Below are positions 1 through 9,259 of a stretch of 64,000 nt of DNA, one piece after another (the first letter of the stretch is position 1; every line of letters starts with the position of its first letter). This DNA comes from an uncultured delta proteobacterium (lineage in GTDB: Bacteria; Desulfobacterota; BSN033; UBA1163). The stretch is taken from NCBI GenBank assembly GCA_963708295.1, contig CAVPSJ010000015.1, positions 192,001 to 256,000 on the forward strand, in the 5' to 3' direction. Made by a program: the position numbers and the translations under genes. The notes beneath the pieces were generated by a model, which was given only the letters and a program-made list of their open reading frames with translations, made no database searches and was not told the origin of the DNA.

Positions 1-31
1 CAAAGTTCCCAGGCCGGGTCCACAGAGAATA

Positions 32-1031
32 GTGACAAGTAGGGAGAGGAAGGACAGAGCTGAAGCATTGAAAGAATCGAACCAAACCCATGTGTTAGTG
101 ACCGGAGGGGCCGGGTTCCTGGGCTCCCATCTCTGCGAGCGTCTCCTCAAGGATGGAAACGATGTCCTCTGTGTCGACAATTTCTATACGGGGACCAAGC
201 GAAATATCGCTCCTTTGATAGGGAATCCTTATTTTGAACTCGTTCGCCACGACATTACCTTTCCTCTTTATGTGGAGGTCGATGAGATCTACAACCTGGC
301 CTGTCCTGCTGCGCCGGTTCACTATCAGAACGATCCCGGTTCAGACCACCAAGGTGAACGTTCATGGCTCCATCAACATGCTGGGGCTGGCGAAACGGCT
401 GAAGGCCAGGATCCTTCAGGCCTCGACTTCGGAGGTGTACGGGGATCCCACGGTCCATCCCCAGCCGGAGACCTACTGGGGAAGTGTCAACCCCATCGGT
501 CCCAGGGCGTGTTACGATGAGGGGAAACGGTGCGCGGAAACCCTTTTCTTCGATTACCACCGCCAGAACGGGATTCAGATCAAAGTGGCCCGTATCTTCA
601 ATACCTACGGCCCCCGCATGCATCCCAACGACGGCCGCGTGGTCTCCAACTTCATTCTCCAGGCTCTCCGGGGAGACCCCATCACGCTCTATGGTGACGG
701 ATCTCAAACAAGGTCTTTCTGTTATGTGGATGACATGGTGGACGGCCTGATCAGACTGATGAATTCTCCGGATGATTTCACCGGTCCGGTCAATCTGGGC
801 AATCCTGATGAGGTCAGTATTCTGGAACTGGCAAAGAAAATCACTGAAATGACGGGCTCAAGTTCGAAGATCGTCTTTAAACCCCTTCCTGCGGACGACC
901 CCAGGCAGCGGCAACCGGTCATCACTCTGGCCAAAGAGAAATTGGGATGGGCCCCGAGGATTCCCCTCGAAGAAGGACTGTCGAAGACCATCGCCTATTT
1001 TGATGAATTGCTGAAGACCAACCAAGGATAG
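32..1031 (+). CDS. UDP-glucuronate decarboxylase (UXS-like SDR), one frameshift near 335
   Basis: [18 protein letters not shown] (ORF 32..520) continues in the 234..1031 frame with [16 protein letters not shown] and [10 protein letters not shown]. The start codon is uncertain. Confidence 0.9.
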
Positions 1032-1055
1032 AAGAGTTCCGGGAGGAAGAAGCTT

Positions 1056-2577
1056 ATGATCAACACCGAAAAGTCATTTGATATTCATGATTACACTGAA
1101 ATCTTCCTCAGGCGGATCTGGTACTTCGTCATCCCGTTCGTTCTCATCATGACAGGAGCGATCCTCTATGCATTTTCCCTTCCCAAAATGTATCGTGCCA
1201 CGACACTGATCCTGGTCACCCCACAAAAAGTTCCGGATACGTACGTCAGACCCACGGTGACTTCGAGAATCGAGGACCGGCTCCAATCGATCGGCCAGGA
1301 GATTATGAGTCGCACACGGTTGGAGCAGGTCATCGCGGAGTTCAAGCTTTATCCGGGGGAATCCAAATCTCTGAGCCCAGAAGAAATCGTCGAAAGCATG
1401 CGGAAGAATATCCGGGTGGAGATCAGAGGGAGAGAAGGTTACTTTACGATTTCTTACATCGGCAAAGATCCAAAAATTGTGACCATGGTGACCAATAAGC
1501 TGGCCTCCCTTTTTATCGAAGAAAATCTAAAATTGCGCGAGCAACAAGCCCAGGGGACGTCTGATTTCCTCTCGGTTGAATTGAATGCCATGAGGACAAA
1601 ACTTGAGGAGCAGGAAGGGACGATCAGCGATTTCAAGAAAAAGCATATGTCTGAGCTCCCCGAACAGCGCGATGCCAACCTGAAGATCTTAGAACAACTG
1701 CAACTTCAATCCCAGAAGGTCAATGACAACCTGAAGGCAGCCCAAGATCGAAAAGTGATCGTTCAAAAACAGCTCTCCGATATGAAAATCCAGATGGCTC
1801 TCGGACCTGTTTCAGAAAATCCAAAAGAGGAAGGGACGGCAACAACAATCCAACCCAATTTGCCCCAACCGCCCACCCCAAAACAGAAGTTGCAAAGCCT
1901 TGAAGCACAACTCAACCAAGGGAGGACCCTCTTGAATGAGCTTAAATCGAAATATACCGAGAAATATCCTGATATCGTGAGGGCCGAAAAGTATGTCGCC
2001 GATTTAGAAGAAAAGGTTCAAGAAGCGAAAGCCTATTATATTGCGATGTCAAACACGAGAGTGAGAGAAACGGCAATTTCGTATTCTCCCATTGCTGAAT
2101 CTGTTCAAGAGATGGAAAGTCAGTTAGTTGCCACGGAGTTGGAAATGAAGAGGCTGCGAGAGGAGGATTCAAGGATCAAAACCAGGATCGCCGGGTTTCA
2201 GGCGAGGGTTGAAAATACACCGATGCGAGAATTGGCCATGGCGAATCTGACGCGAGACTACCAGAACACCAAGGAGGCTTACCAATCTCTCCTGAAAAAG
2301 AGTCACGAGGCTCAACAGGCAGAAAATCTGGAACGGCGTCAAAAAGGTGAGCAATTTAAAGTGATCGATCCTGCCAGGACTCCTGGAATGCCGTTGCAAG
2401 CGATGATTCCCAAAATCCTCCTTTTTGGCCTCATGGTGGGAATGGGTTCCGGTTTTGGATTGGCCTTCTTCAGAGAGCAGATGGATCTTTCTTTCAGGGA
2501 TGCCGAGGATCTGGAGGCGACGATGGGGTTCAAAGTGATTGGCCAATATTCCAAAAATTGAGAAGAAAGCAGCGTAA
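1056..2577 (+). CDS. Polysaccharide chain-length determinant / co-polymerase (GumC/Wzc N-terminal part, PEP-CTERM locus type)
   Basis: N-terminal TM, long coiled coil, GEQFKVIDPA and a C-terminal TM. A probable frameshift near 2540 extends the ORF to NIPKIEKKAA-stop at 2577. Confidence 0.85.
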
Positions 2578-2583
2578 TCGATT

Positions 2584-2636
2584 CCCACGCACCCTGCCCT
2601 CTCCCAGCTGGGGAGAGGGGAAGGGTGCGGGGAGGT
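2584..2636. repeat. REP-like GC-rich palindrome
   Basis: CCCTCTCCCAGCTGGGGAGAGGG core, flanked by CGCACCCT and AGGGTGCG. Confidence 0.7.
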
Positions 2637-2649
2637 GAAAGGAAAGGCC

Positions 2650-4269
2650 ATGAGTAAGATTTTCGAAGCTTTGGAAAACGCGGAGAAACAGAGGTTAAGG
2701 AATGGATCTTCTCCTTTCGTGAAAGCAAGAGAAGAGAAGAAAACCGCCCCTCCTGTCCCGGAGCCTACAGTAGAGAAGAAGACCGCTCCCATCCCGGGGC
2801 CTAAGGAAGTGCGGATGGAAAGGCCCGCTCCCTCACTTGCTCCGGAACCCAGGGAAGAGAAGAAAACCGCCCCTATCATGGGCTCTCGGCCGACTCCTGT
2901 CCCGGAGCCTAGACCTAGGGTAGAGATAGAGAAGAAGACCGCTCCCATCCCGGGGCCTAAGGAAGTGCGGATAGAAAGGCCCGCTCCCTCATTTGCTCCT
3001 GAACCCAGGGAAGAGAAGAAAACCGCCCCTCCTGCCCCGGAGCCAAAGGTAGAGAAGAAGTCCGCCCCTGTCGTGGGCCCTGCATTTATTCCTCCCCCGG
3101 TACCTAGGGAAGAAAAGAAAACCTTACCCGTACTGGAACCTAAGAGTGGGTGGGTGATAGAAAGGCCCGCCGCCTCATTTGCCCCTGAACCCAGGGAAGA
3201 GAAGAGAACCGCCCCTGTCGTGGGCCCTAAACCGACCCCTGCCTTGGCACCTAGAGAAGAGAAGAAAATCTCGCCTGCCCTGGAACCTAAGATCGAAAAG
3301 ATGGAAAGGCCTGCTCCCTCATTTGCTCCGGACCTCAGGGAAGAGAAGAAGGAACCTACGGTAGAGAAGAAGACCGCTCCCGTTCCGGGACCAAAGGAAG
3401 TGCGTGTGGAAAGGCCCGCTCCCTCATTTGCCCCGGAACCTCCCAGGAAGGAGAGGGTAGAAAAGACGAACGTGGTCCGCAAGGCGGTCCTTCCGGAGAG
3501 ACCGGAGTCTTACCGTCCCCTGGTGTCAATCTCTGAGCCGGGGTCCCTCGGCGCCGAACAGTTTCGGAGACTGAGGACCCACGTTCTCAAACTGAACGTC
3601 TCGGACCCTCCGAAGACAATCATGGTCACCAGCGCCACCGAGGGTGAGGGGAAAACGTTTGTGGCTGCGAATCTTGCGGCTGGCATTGCTCATGACCTCC
3701 ATTTCCATGCCCTTCTGGTCGACTGTGACCTCCGCAGCCCCGCCCTTTCACACTGGTTTGGCGTCCAGAATGGACACGGTCTCTCCGATTATCTGGTGGG
3801 GAAGGGACAGTTGTCCGAGCTGATATTAAAGACCGAGATGGAAAAGCTCAGCATTCTCACAGGGGGAAGCGTTCAAGCAAAACCTGCTGAGCTCATTGGA
3901 TCGAAAAAAATGGAAGCCCTTGTCCATGAATTAAAATCGCGGTACACCGACCGGTATATCATCCTGGATGCCACGCCCCTCCTTGCGACAACCGAGCCTG
4001 AAGTCTTGGCAAGGCTGGTCGATGGGATCCTGATCGTTGTCCGGGCCGGCGTCACTCCCCGAGAAACCGTAAAACAGGCCGTCGCTTCGTTAGATCCAAA
4101 GAAGATCATGGGGTTCGTGCTGAACGAAGTGGAATTTAAATCTTCCGGTCTTTCCGCACGTTATTTTGGGTCGAGTGGATACTACACCAGATATGGCTAT
4201 GGGATCAGAGAGGCTGAGCCCCGGAGCCCGCTGAAAGACATATCCTCGTCTAAGAAAAAATCGGGTTAA
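2650..4269 (+). CDS. Polysaccharide biosynthesis tyrosine autokinase (CpsD/CapB) with long Pro/Glu/Lys repeat linker
   Basis: MSKIFEALE start, EQFRRLRT, Walker A TSATEGEGKT, LVDCDLR, IILDATP and a C-terminal Tyr cluster YFGSSGYYTRYGYG. Confidence 0.9.
   Translation: MSKIFEALENAEKQRLRNGSSPFVKAREEKKTAPPVPEPTVEKKTAPIPGPKEVRMERPAPSLAPEPREEKKTAPIMGSRPTPVPEPRPRVEIEKKTAPIPGPKEVRIERPAPSFAPEPREEKKTAPPAPEPKVEKKSAPVVGPAFIPPPVPREEKKTLPVLEPKSGWVIERPAASFAPEPREEKRTAPVVGPKPTPALAPREEKKISPALEPKIEKMERPAPSFAPDLREEKKEPTVEKKTAPVPGPKEVRVERPAPSFAPEPPRKERVEKTNVVRKAVLPERPESYRPLVSISEPGSLGAEQFRRLRTHVLKLNVSDPPKTIMVTSATEGEGKTFVAANLAAGIAHDLHFHALLVDCDLRSPALSHWFGVQNGHGLSDYLVGKGQLSELILKTEMEKLSILTGGSVQAKPAELIGSKKMEALVHELKSRYTDRYIILDATPLLATTEPEVLARLVDGILIVVRAGVTPRETVKQAVASLDPKKIMGFVLNEVEFKSSGLSARYFGSSGYYTRYGYGIREAEPRSPLKDISSSKKKSG
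2728..3460 (+). repeat. Intragenic modular repeats (REEKKTAP / VEKKTAPIPGPKEVRxERPAPSFAPEP)
   Basis: Near-identical ~105 bp blocks at ~2770-2875 and ~2926-3030, with partial copies up to ~3440. Confidence 0.9.
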
Positions 4270-4356
4270 ACCACAAGTCCCTAAACCAAATTCCTATCCC
4301 GGATATCCCTTTCCATTGGCGTCAAGCTTACCCGTTCACAGAGAGTTCACCTCGCC

Positions 4357-5766
4357 ATGATCCTTAGAATTTTTAACCAATATATACCCGCGCGCAAAAT
4401 TGCCTTCTTCTTCATGGAAAGTCTTTTCATCGGGGGGATGGTGATCCTTGGGGCCTACCTCCGTTTTATTGGCAACCCCGCAAGCTTCCATCAGTATGAA
4501 TATCTGATCCTGAAAGCCTTTTTGATTGTAGCCTGCGTTCAGTTTTCTCTCTATTACTTTGACCTCTATGACCTGAAAGCGTTTCGAAGCAATATCGAAC
4601 TGGGCATCCGTCTTCTCCAATCGCTCGGGCTCTCTTCCATTCTGTTAGCTTTTCTTTATTATCTGTTCCCCCTTTTGATCATCGGCCGGGGGATCTTTTT
4701 CATAAGCCTGGGCTTCATGGGTGTGGTGATTGTCTCGTGGAGAATGATCTACAACCATATTCTGAAAACAAGGCAATTTGACCAGAGGATTCTGATCATT
4801 GGTTCAGGGGCTTTGGCGAAGAGCATCTCAAAGGAGATCCTTGAAAGGGTGGATACGGGTTTCAAAATCATTGGATTTATCACCGATCATCCTGATGCAG
4901 CAGGGGCTGAGACGGTGGGGGAGAGATTGGTAAACCCAGCTATTATCGGTGATCCATCCCGGATCCTTGACATAGCCACGAAGGAGGGAGTGGACCGTAT
5001 TATTGTGGCCCTGGAGGAAAGAAGGGGAAAGTTCCCGGATGGCCAACTTTTAGAATGTAAGATGAGAGGGATTGCGATAGAGGAAGGAATCGGATTTTAT
5101 GAGCATCTCACGGGAAGGCTACAGGTGGAAAGCCTTCGTCCGAGTTTTCTCATCTTCTCCGATGGGTTTAAGAAATGGAAATTAACGATGTTGACAAAAA
5201 GAGTCACTGAATTCACTCTCTCCATGATCGGACTAACCCTCCTTTCCCCCTTCATTTTGGTCATCTCCATCTTGATCAAGATCGACTCCCGTGGCCCAGT
5301 TTTTTATAAACAAGAAAGGGTAGGGGAGAGGGGGAAGATATTCAAACTTCTAAAATTCAGGTCTATGATTGAAGGAGCCGAAGCCAATGGGCCGGTCTGG
5401 GCAGGAAAGAACGATGCTCGAGTTACCCGTGTCGGCCGATGGATCAGGAAATGGCGACTTGACGAAATCCCCCAGATGTTTAATGTGCTCAAAGGGGATA
5501 TGTCTTTTGTCGGCCCGAGGCCCGAGAGAGCCTATTTCATTGAAAAACTTCGAGAAGAGATTCCTTTTTACGATCAGCGCTTTTATGTAAAGCCGGGGAT
5601 CACGGGATTGGCACAGGTCAGATACCAGTATGGTGCATCTAAAGAAGATGCGTTGGAGAAACTCATGTATGATCTCTACTATATCAAAAACTTATCATCG
5701 CTATTTGATCTAGTCATCGTCTTCGAAACGATAAAAGTCGTGTTATCTGGGAAAGGGGCAAGGTAA
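4357..5766 (+). CDS. Priming sugar transferase, PEP-CTERM/XrtA-system type (TIGR03013-like)
   Basis: N-terminal TMs, KFRSM, RLDEIPQMFNVLKGDMSFVGPRPER, KPGITGLAQV, YDLYYIKN. Confidence 0.92.
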   Translation: MILRIFNQYIPARKIAFFFMESLFIGGMVILGAYLRFIGNPASFHQYEYLILKAFLIVACVQFSLYYFDLYDLKAFRSNIELGIRLLQSLGLSSILLAFLYYLFPLLIIGRGIFFISLGFMGVVIVSWRMIYNHILKTRQFDQRILIIGSGALAKSISKEILERVDTGFKIIGFITDHPDAAGAETVGERLVNPAIIGDPSRILDIATKEGVDRIIVALEERRGKFPDGQLLECKMRGIAIEEGIGFYEHLTGRLQVESLRPSFLIFSDGFKKWKLTMLTKRVTEFTLSMIGLTLLSPFILVISILIKIDSRGPVFYKQERVGERGKIFKLLKFRSMIEGAEANGPVWAGKNDARVTRVGRWIRKWRLDEIPQMFNVLKGDMSFVGPRPERAYFIEKLREEIPFYDQRFYVKPGITGLAQVRYQYGASKEDALEKLMYDLYYIKNLSSLFDLVIVFETIKVVLSGKGAR

Positions 5767-5770
5767 GTCA

Positions 5771-5957
5771 GGAGTTCATTGAGTTTGTTGTGTTCATTGT
5801 GTTCGTTGGGTTCAAGGAGCAGGTTTAAGGAGTTCATTGAGTTCATTGAGCTCGTTGGGTTAGCAGAGTCTTAAACCCAAGTAACTCAACTAACCCAAGC
5901 AACCCAATAAACCCAGGTAACCCAGTAACCCAATAAGCCCAACTAACCCAGCAACTT
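5771..5957. repeat. 9-mer repeat family A, G/T-rich block followed by its reverse complement
   Basis: GAGTTCATT/GTGTTCGTT units at 5771-5861, then AACCCAAGT/AACTCAACT units at 5874-5955. Confidence 0.9.
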
Positions 5958-6329
5958 ATGAAAATAACTCGGTTTGAAGATATCGATGCCTGGCAGGAGG
6001 CTCGAAAGCTGGTAAAGATGGTTTATGACGTGATTAAAACGAGTCCTAAATTCAGGAAAGATTTCCGATTGGTAAATCAGGTTCAAGACGCTGCGGTATC
6101 GGCTATGTCCAATATTGCTGAGGGATTTGCAAGGCGGAGTAATAGAGAGTTTGTCCAGTTTCTATTTATATCGAAAAGTTCAGCTGCCGAAGTTCAGAGT
6201 CAATTCTATGTGGCGTTAGATCAAGAATACGTCAACGAGGATGATTTTGAAAGGATTTATAATCAAGCTGAAATCGTTTCTAAACTGGATTCCGGTTTCA
6301 TCAAATATCTGAACTCGCAACCTAGATAA
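5958..6329 (+). CDS. Four helix bundle protein #1 (23S rRNA IVS protein / Avd-like family)
   Basis: [54 protein letters not shown]. Confidence 0.92.
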   Translation: MKITRFEDIDAWQEARKLVKMVYDVIKTSPKFRKDFRLVNQVQDAAVSAMSNIAEGFARRSNREFVQFLFISKSSAAEVQSQFYVALDQEYVNEDDFERIYNQAEIVSKLDSGFIKYLNSQPR

Positions 6330-6483
6330 CACGAGCGACTCAAGTAAAAGGGGTTCATTGGGTTCGTTGAGCCTGGTAGGTTTCTCGTGTTAAGTAACCC
6401 AAGTAACTCAATGAACTCAAGTAACCCAAGTAACCCAACAAACCCAAGTAACCCAACGAACCCAAGTAACTCAAGTAACGCAA
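6327..6483. repeat. Family A repeats downstream of FHB#1, running into the exosortase N-terminus
   Basis: GGGTTCATTGGGTTCGTTGA, then (AACCCAAGT)n. TAACACGAG/CTCGTGTTA inverted pair at 6327-6335 and 6384-6392. Confidence 0.9.
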
Positions 6484-7301
6484 TTCGAAGGGGGTTTTTG
6501 AAATCGGCTATTCTTGTTGCCTGTCTCCTCCTTCTCTATTTCCGTGTTTTGCAGGGATTGGTCTCTGATTGGCTCCATCTGCCGGATTTCTCCCATGGCT
6601 TTTTGATTCCGATTGTTTCCCTATATTTTGTTTATGAGAGGCGGAAACAACTCTCAGCCCTCAGCCGTTCCGGTAGCTGGACGGGCTTCGGGCTCTTACT
6701 CCTCGGGATCGTGCTCCTCCTATTTGGAAATCTTGCAAGCGAATACTTCACAATGAGATTTTCGATCTTAGTAGTCCTCGGGGGCATGGTTCTCTTTCTT
6801 TTAGGAAAGGAATGTTTTGGAAACCTTCTTTTCCCTATCGCCTTTTTGATTTTTATGATCCCCATCCCTTCCGTCCTCCTGGACCGGGTCACTTTTCCAA
6901 TGCAACTTTTCGCTTCCAAGGTGGCAGCGAAATCTCTTTACCTGATCGGCATCCCGGCACTGAGAGAGGGCAACGTTATTTTACTGGCAAACACTTCGTT
7001 AGAGGTGGCAGAGGCATGTTCGGGTATCCGGTCTTTGATCTCTTTGCTAGCGCTCTCCGTGGTGTTTGCTTATTTCAGCCAGAATTCAACGTGGAAGAGG
7101 ATTTTACTCGTTCTTTCAACGTTCCCCATCGCGATCATTGCCAATGCCGCACGTGTCACTGGGACCGGAATTCTTGCCCACCACTATGGCGATAAGGTCG
7201 CCCAGGGCTTCTTCCATGGCTTCTCGGGCTGGATTTTATTTGTGGTTGCGTTTATTTGTTTGTTTATTGTGGGAGGGTTGCTATCGAAAATGAAAAAGTG
7301 A
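6411..7301 (+). CDS. xrtA: Exosortase (EpsH/XrtA)
   Basis: DFSHGFLIP, FMIPIP, catalytic VAEACSGIRS, ANAARV, FFHGFSGW; multi-TM. Start is ATG 6411 or GTG 6387. Confidence 0.92.
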   Translation: MNSSNPSNPTNPSNPTNPSNSSNAIRRGFLKSAILVACLLLLYFRVLQGLVSDWLHLPDFSHGFLIPIVSLYFVYERRKQLSALSRSGSWTGFGLLLLGIVLLLFGNLASEYFTMRFSILVVLGGMVLFLLGKECFGNLLFPIAFLIFMIPIPSVLLDRVTFPMQLFASKVAAKSLYLIGIPALREGNVILLANTSLEVAEACSGIRSLISLLALSVVFAYFSQNSTWKRILLVLSTFPIAIIANAARVTGTGILAHHYGDKVAQGFFHGFSGWILFVVAFICLFIVGGLLSKMKK

Positions 7302-7502
7302 GCCAGTGCTGCAGTTCTGCAGTGCTGCTGTCAGGAGGTGCGAATGAAAATAGAGAGGTTCGAGGATATCCAAGGATGGCAAGAAGCACGATTGCTCACA
7401 AAGAAGATTTATGAACTTGCAAATAAGCTCCCCTTCAAGAGAGATAGGGGGCTTTGCAGCCAGATCCAACAAGCGTCGGTTTCCATCATGGCCAATATTG
7501 CT

Positions 7503-7792
7503 GGCTCCGCCCCGTAGGGAGTGGCTCTGAAATGTATTACGTTTACGCATTGCAAAGCGTTTTTAAGAAGCGAATCTATATAGGGCAAACAAAAGACCTG
7601 AATAAACGTTTGCAGTATCACAATAATGGGGCTGTAAAATCAACGTGTAAAGATAAGCCTTGGGAATTAATCGCTTTTCAAAAAGTTGAAAGCATAAGTG
7701 CAGCTAGGTGGATAGAAAGAGACCTAAAAAGGTCAAGAGGGAAAAGGATAAGATGGATTAAAGAAAAAAGTTTGTAGGCTACGCGCCGGAGG
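7503..7792 (+). mobile_element. GIY-YIG mini-element with 16 bp imperfect direct repeats
   Basis: GGCTCCGCCCCGTAGG (7503-7518) and GGCTACGCGCCGGAGG (7777-7792), each followed by GAG. Confidence 0.8.
7532..7777 (+). CDS. GIY-YIG nuclease family protein (81 aa)
   Basis: MYYVYALQS...IYIGQTKDLNKRLQYHNNG...ST...PWELI...E...AR.IERDLK. Confidence 0.9.
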   Translation: MYYVYALQSVFKKRIYIGQTKDLNKRLQYHNNGAVKSTCKDKPWELIAFQKVESISAARWIERDLKRSRGKRIRWIKEKSL

Positions 7793-7999
7793 GAGGGTTT
7801 TGATCGGCAATCCAAGAAGGAATTCAGTAGATTCTTATATTATGCGTCGGGGTCAGCCTCGGAAACTCAAAGTCATCTCTATGTAGCTTTGGATCAAAAG
7901 TATATCTCAGACGTGGATTTTCAGGAGACTTACAACCAGGCAAGGAAGACGAAGAGTCTGATCAACGGCTTTATTTTGTACTTAAAAGGTAAGAAGAAG

Positions 8000-8063
8000 T
8001 GACAGCAGCGCTGTAACACCGCAGTACTTTAAGAAACAGCAGCACCGCAGCACGGCAGCACAC
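8000..8063. repeat. 8-mer family B (CAGCACCG), inverted partner of 7305-7333
   Basis: TGACAGCAGCGCTGTA...CAGCAGCACCGCAGCACGGCAGCAC versus upstream GTGCTGCAGTTCTGCAGTGCTGCTGTCA. Confidence 0.85.
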
Positions 8064-8074
8064 TTAAACCTAAC

Positions 8075-8719
8075 ATGAATAGAAACTTAAAATTTGCCGC
8101 AGTCGTGATTATCCTTTTAGCTGCTGCGGCCCTGAATCACTATTTTTCCAAACCCGACATCTCGCTGCCTCGAAAGAGTCTGGCTGAATTTCCCATGGAG
8201 TTGGGCGATTGGACCACTCTAAGTGAGCAGAAAATAGAAGGCCGATCCATGGAGGTCCTTCAGGTTGACGACTACTTCATGAGATATTACAGCAATTCTG
8301 AAGGGAAGACCATCGGTCTCTATGTCGGTTATTTCAAATCCCAGAAGGAGGGGAAAGGAATCCACTCCCCAAGGCAGTGCCTGCCGGGTGCAGGTTGGGT
8401 TCCAGTCAATACTGAAGTCTATCAGATGAGCGCCCCCGGTCGTAATCTGAGGACAGTGCCGGTAAACAAGTTCGTCATGGGAAAAGGCCTGGACCGTCAG
8501 CTTTATCTCTTCTGGTATCAAGGCAGAGGTCGCGTCTATGCGAGCGAATACTGGAACAAGATTTACCTCATCTGGGATGGACTGACCAAGAAAAGGACCG
8601 ACGGCGCTCTGGTCAGAGTCAATAATCCCGTCATAGGAAATACCGAAGAAGCCCTCAAAACCCAATCCGACTTCATCCAGTTGTTTTTGCCGCTGCTTAA
8701 AGAGTATATTCCCGATTAA
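8075..8719 (+). CDS. epsI: Exosortase-associated EpsI family protein
   Basis: N-terminal TM, LYVGYFKSQ, IHSPRQCLPGAGW, FWYQGRGR, RTDGALVRV. Confidence 0.9.
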   Translation: MNRNLKFAAVVIILLAAAALNHYFSKPDISLPRKSLAEFPMELGDWTTLSEQKIEGRSMEVLQVDDYFMRYYSNSEGKTIGLYVGYFKSQKEGKGIHSPRQCLPGAGWVPVNTEVYQMSAPGRNLRTVPVNKFVMGKGLDRQLYLFWYQGRGRVYASEYWNKIYLIWDGLTKKRTDGALVRVNNPVIGNTEEALKTQSDFIQLFLPLLKEYIPD

Positions 8720-8740
8720 TAAATCAAACGATTGGGTATA

Positions 8741-9249
8741 GAGGACTGAGGGCCGCGGACTGAGGACTGAGTTAAAAATTATATGACTAATTAATGGGAG
8801 GGGTAAATTATGCCGACAGGGAGAATAGAGAAATTTGAGGATTTAATTGCTTGGCAAAAAGCCAGAGAACTGACCAAAAATGTTTACAGAGTTACTAAAA
8901 TTGGTGAATTCTTGAAGGATTTTGGACTTAGAGACCAGATTAGAAGAGCATCTGTTTCGATTATGTCAAATATCGCGGAAGGATTCGAACGAGGGGGACG
9001 CTCCGAATTTCATCAGTTCTTAGTGATCGCCAAGGGCTCCTGTGCAGAATTAAAATCTCAACTATATGTAGCGTTGGATGCTGAATTCATAGACATAGGA
9101 ACCTTCCAAAGTTTAGATGGCTTGGCAAGAGAAACAAGTCGACTTGTTGGTGGATTGCGTGCCGCAGTTTATAGGCAAAAGATGAAAACAAAATAGCTAT
9201 TAACCTCAGTCCTCATCGCTCAGTCCTCAGTACTCGGTCCACAGTCCTA
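8741..9249. repeat. 7-mer family C (GACTGAG upstream / CTCAGTC downstream) bracketing FHB#3
   Basis: TGAGGACTGAGTTAA at 8761-8775 versus TTAACCTCAGTCCTCA at 9200-9215, with further units out to 9249. Confidence 0.88.
8810..9196 (+). CDS. Four helix bundle protein #3
   Basis: [61 protein letters not shown]. Confidence 0.95.
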   Translation: MPTGRIEKFEDLIAWQKARELTKNVYRVTKIGEFLKDFGLRDQIRRASVSIMSNIAEGFERGGRSEFHQFLVIAKGSCAELKSQLYVALDAEFIDIGTFQSLDGLARETSRLVGGLRAAVYRQKMKTK

Positions 9250-9259
9250 AGCAAAAAGG

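Larger units (their letters stand above)
7344..8002 (+). pseudogene. Four helix bundle protein #2, interrupted by a 290 bp GIY-YIG insertion
   Basis: 7344-7502 reads MKIERFEDIQGWQEAR...SVSIMANIA and 7793-8002 reads EGFDRQSKKEFSRFLYYASGSASETQSHLYVALDQ...KKK-stop. Joined, they give a 122 aa ORF. Confidence 0.92.

Noticed and set aside
2169-3482. 437 aa minus-strand ORF
   Set aside because: Antisense shadow of the repetitive kinase linker.
4316-4331. sigma54 promoter before the priming transferase (TTGGCGTCAAGCTTAC)
   Set aside because: The -12 element reads AC instead of the near-invariant GC.
5958-6329. 23S rRNA gene with intervening sequence
   Set aside because: No rRNA sequence flanks any of the four-helix-bundle genes.
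5771-6483. CRISPR array
   Set aside because: Units are 7-9 nt degenerate tandem repeats without unique spacers, and there are no cas genes.
7454-7531. N-terminal extension of the GIY-YIG ORF
   Set aside because: It overlaps the FHB2 5' half in another frame; ATG 7532 with the upstream GGGAG is the plausible start.
7503-7792. Group I intron with homing endonuclease
   Set aside because: Only ~44 nt lie outside the ORF, insufficient for a ribozyme core.
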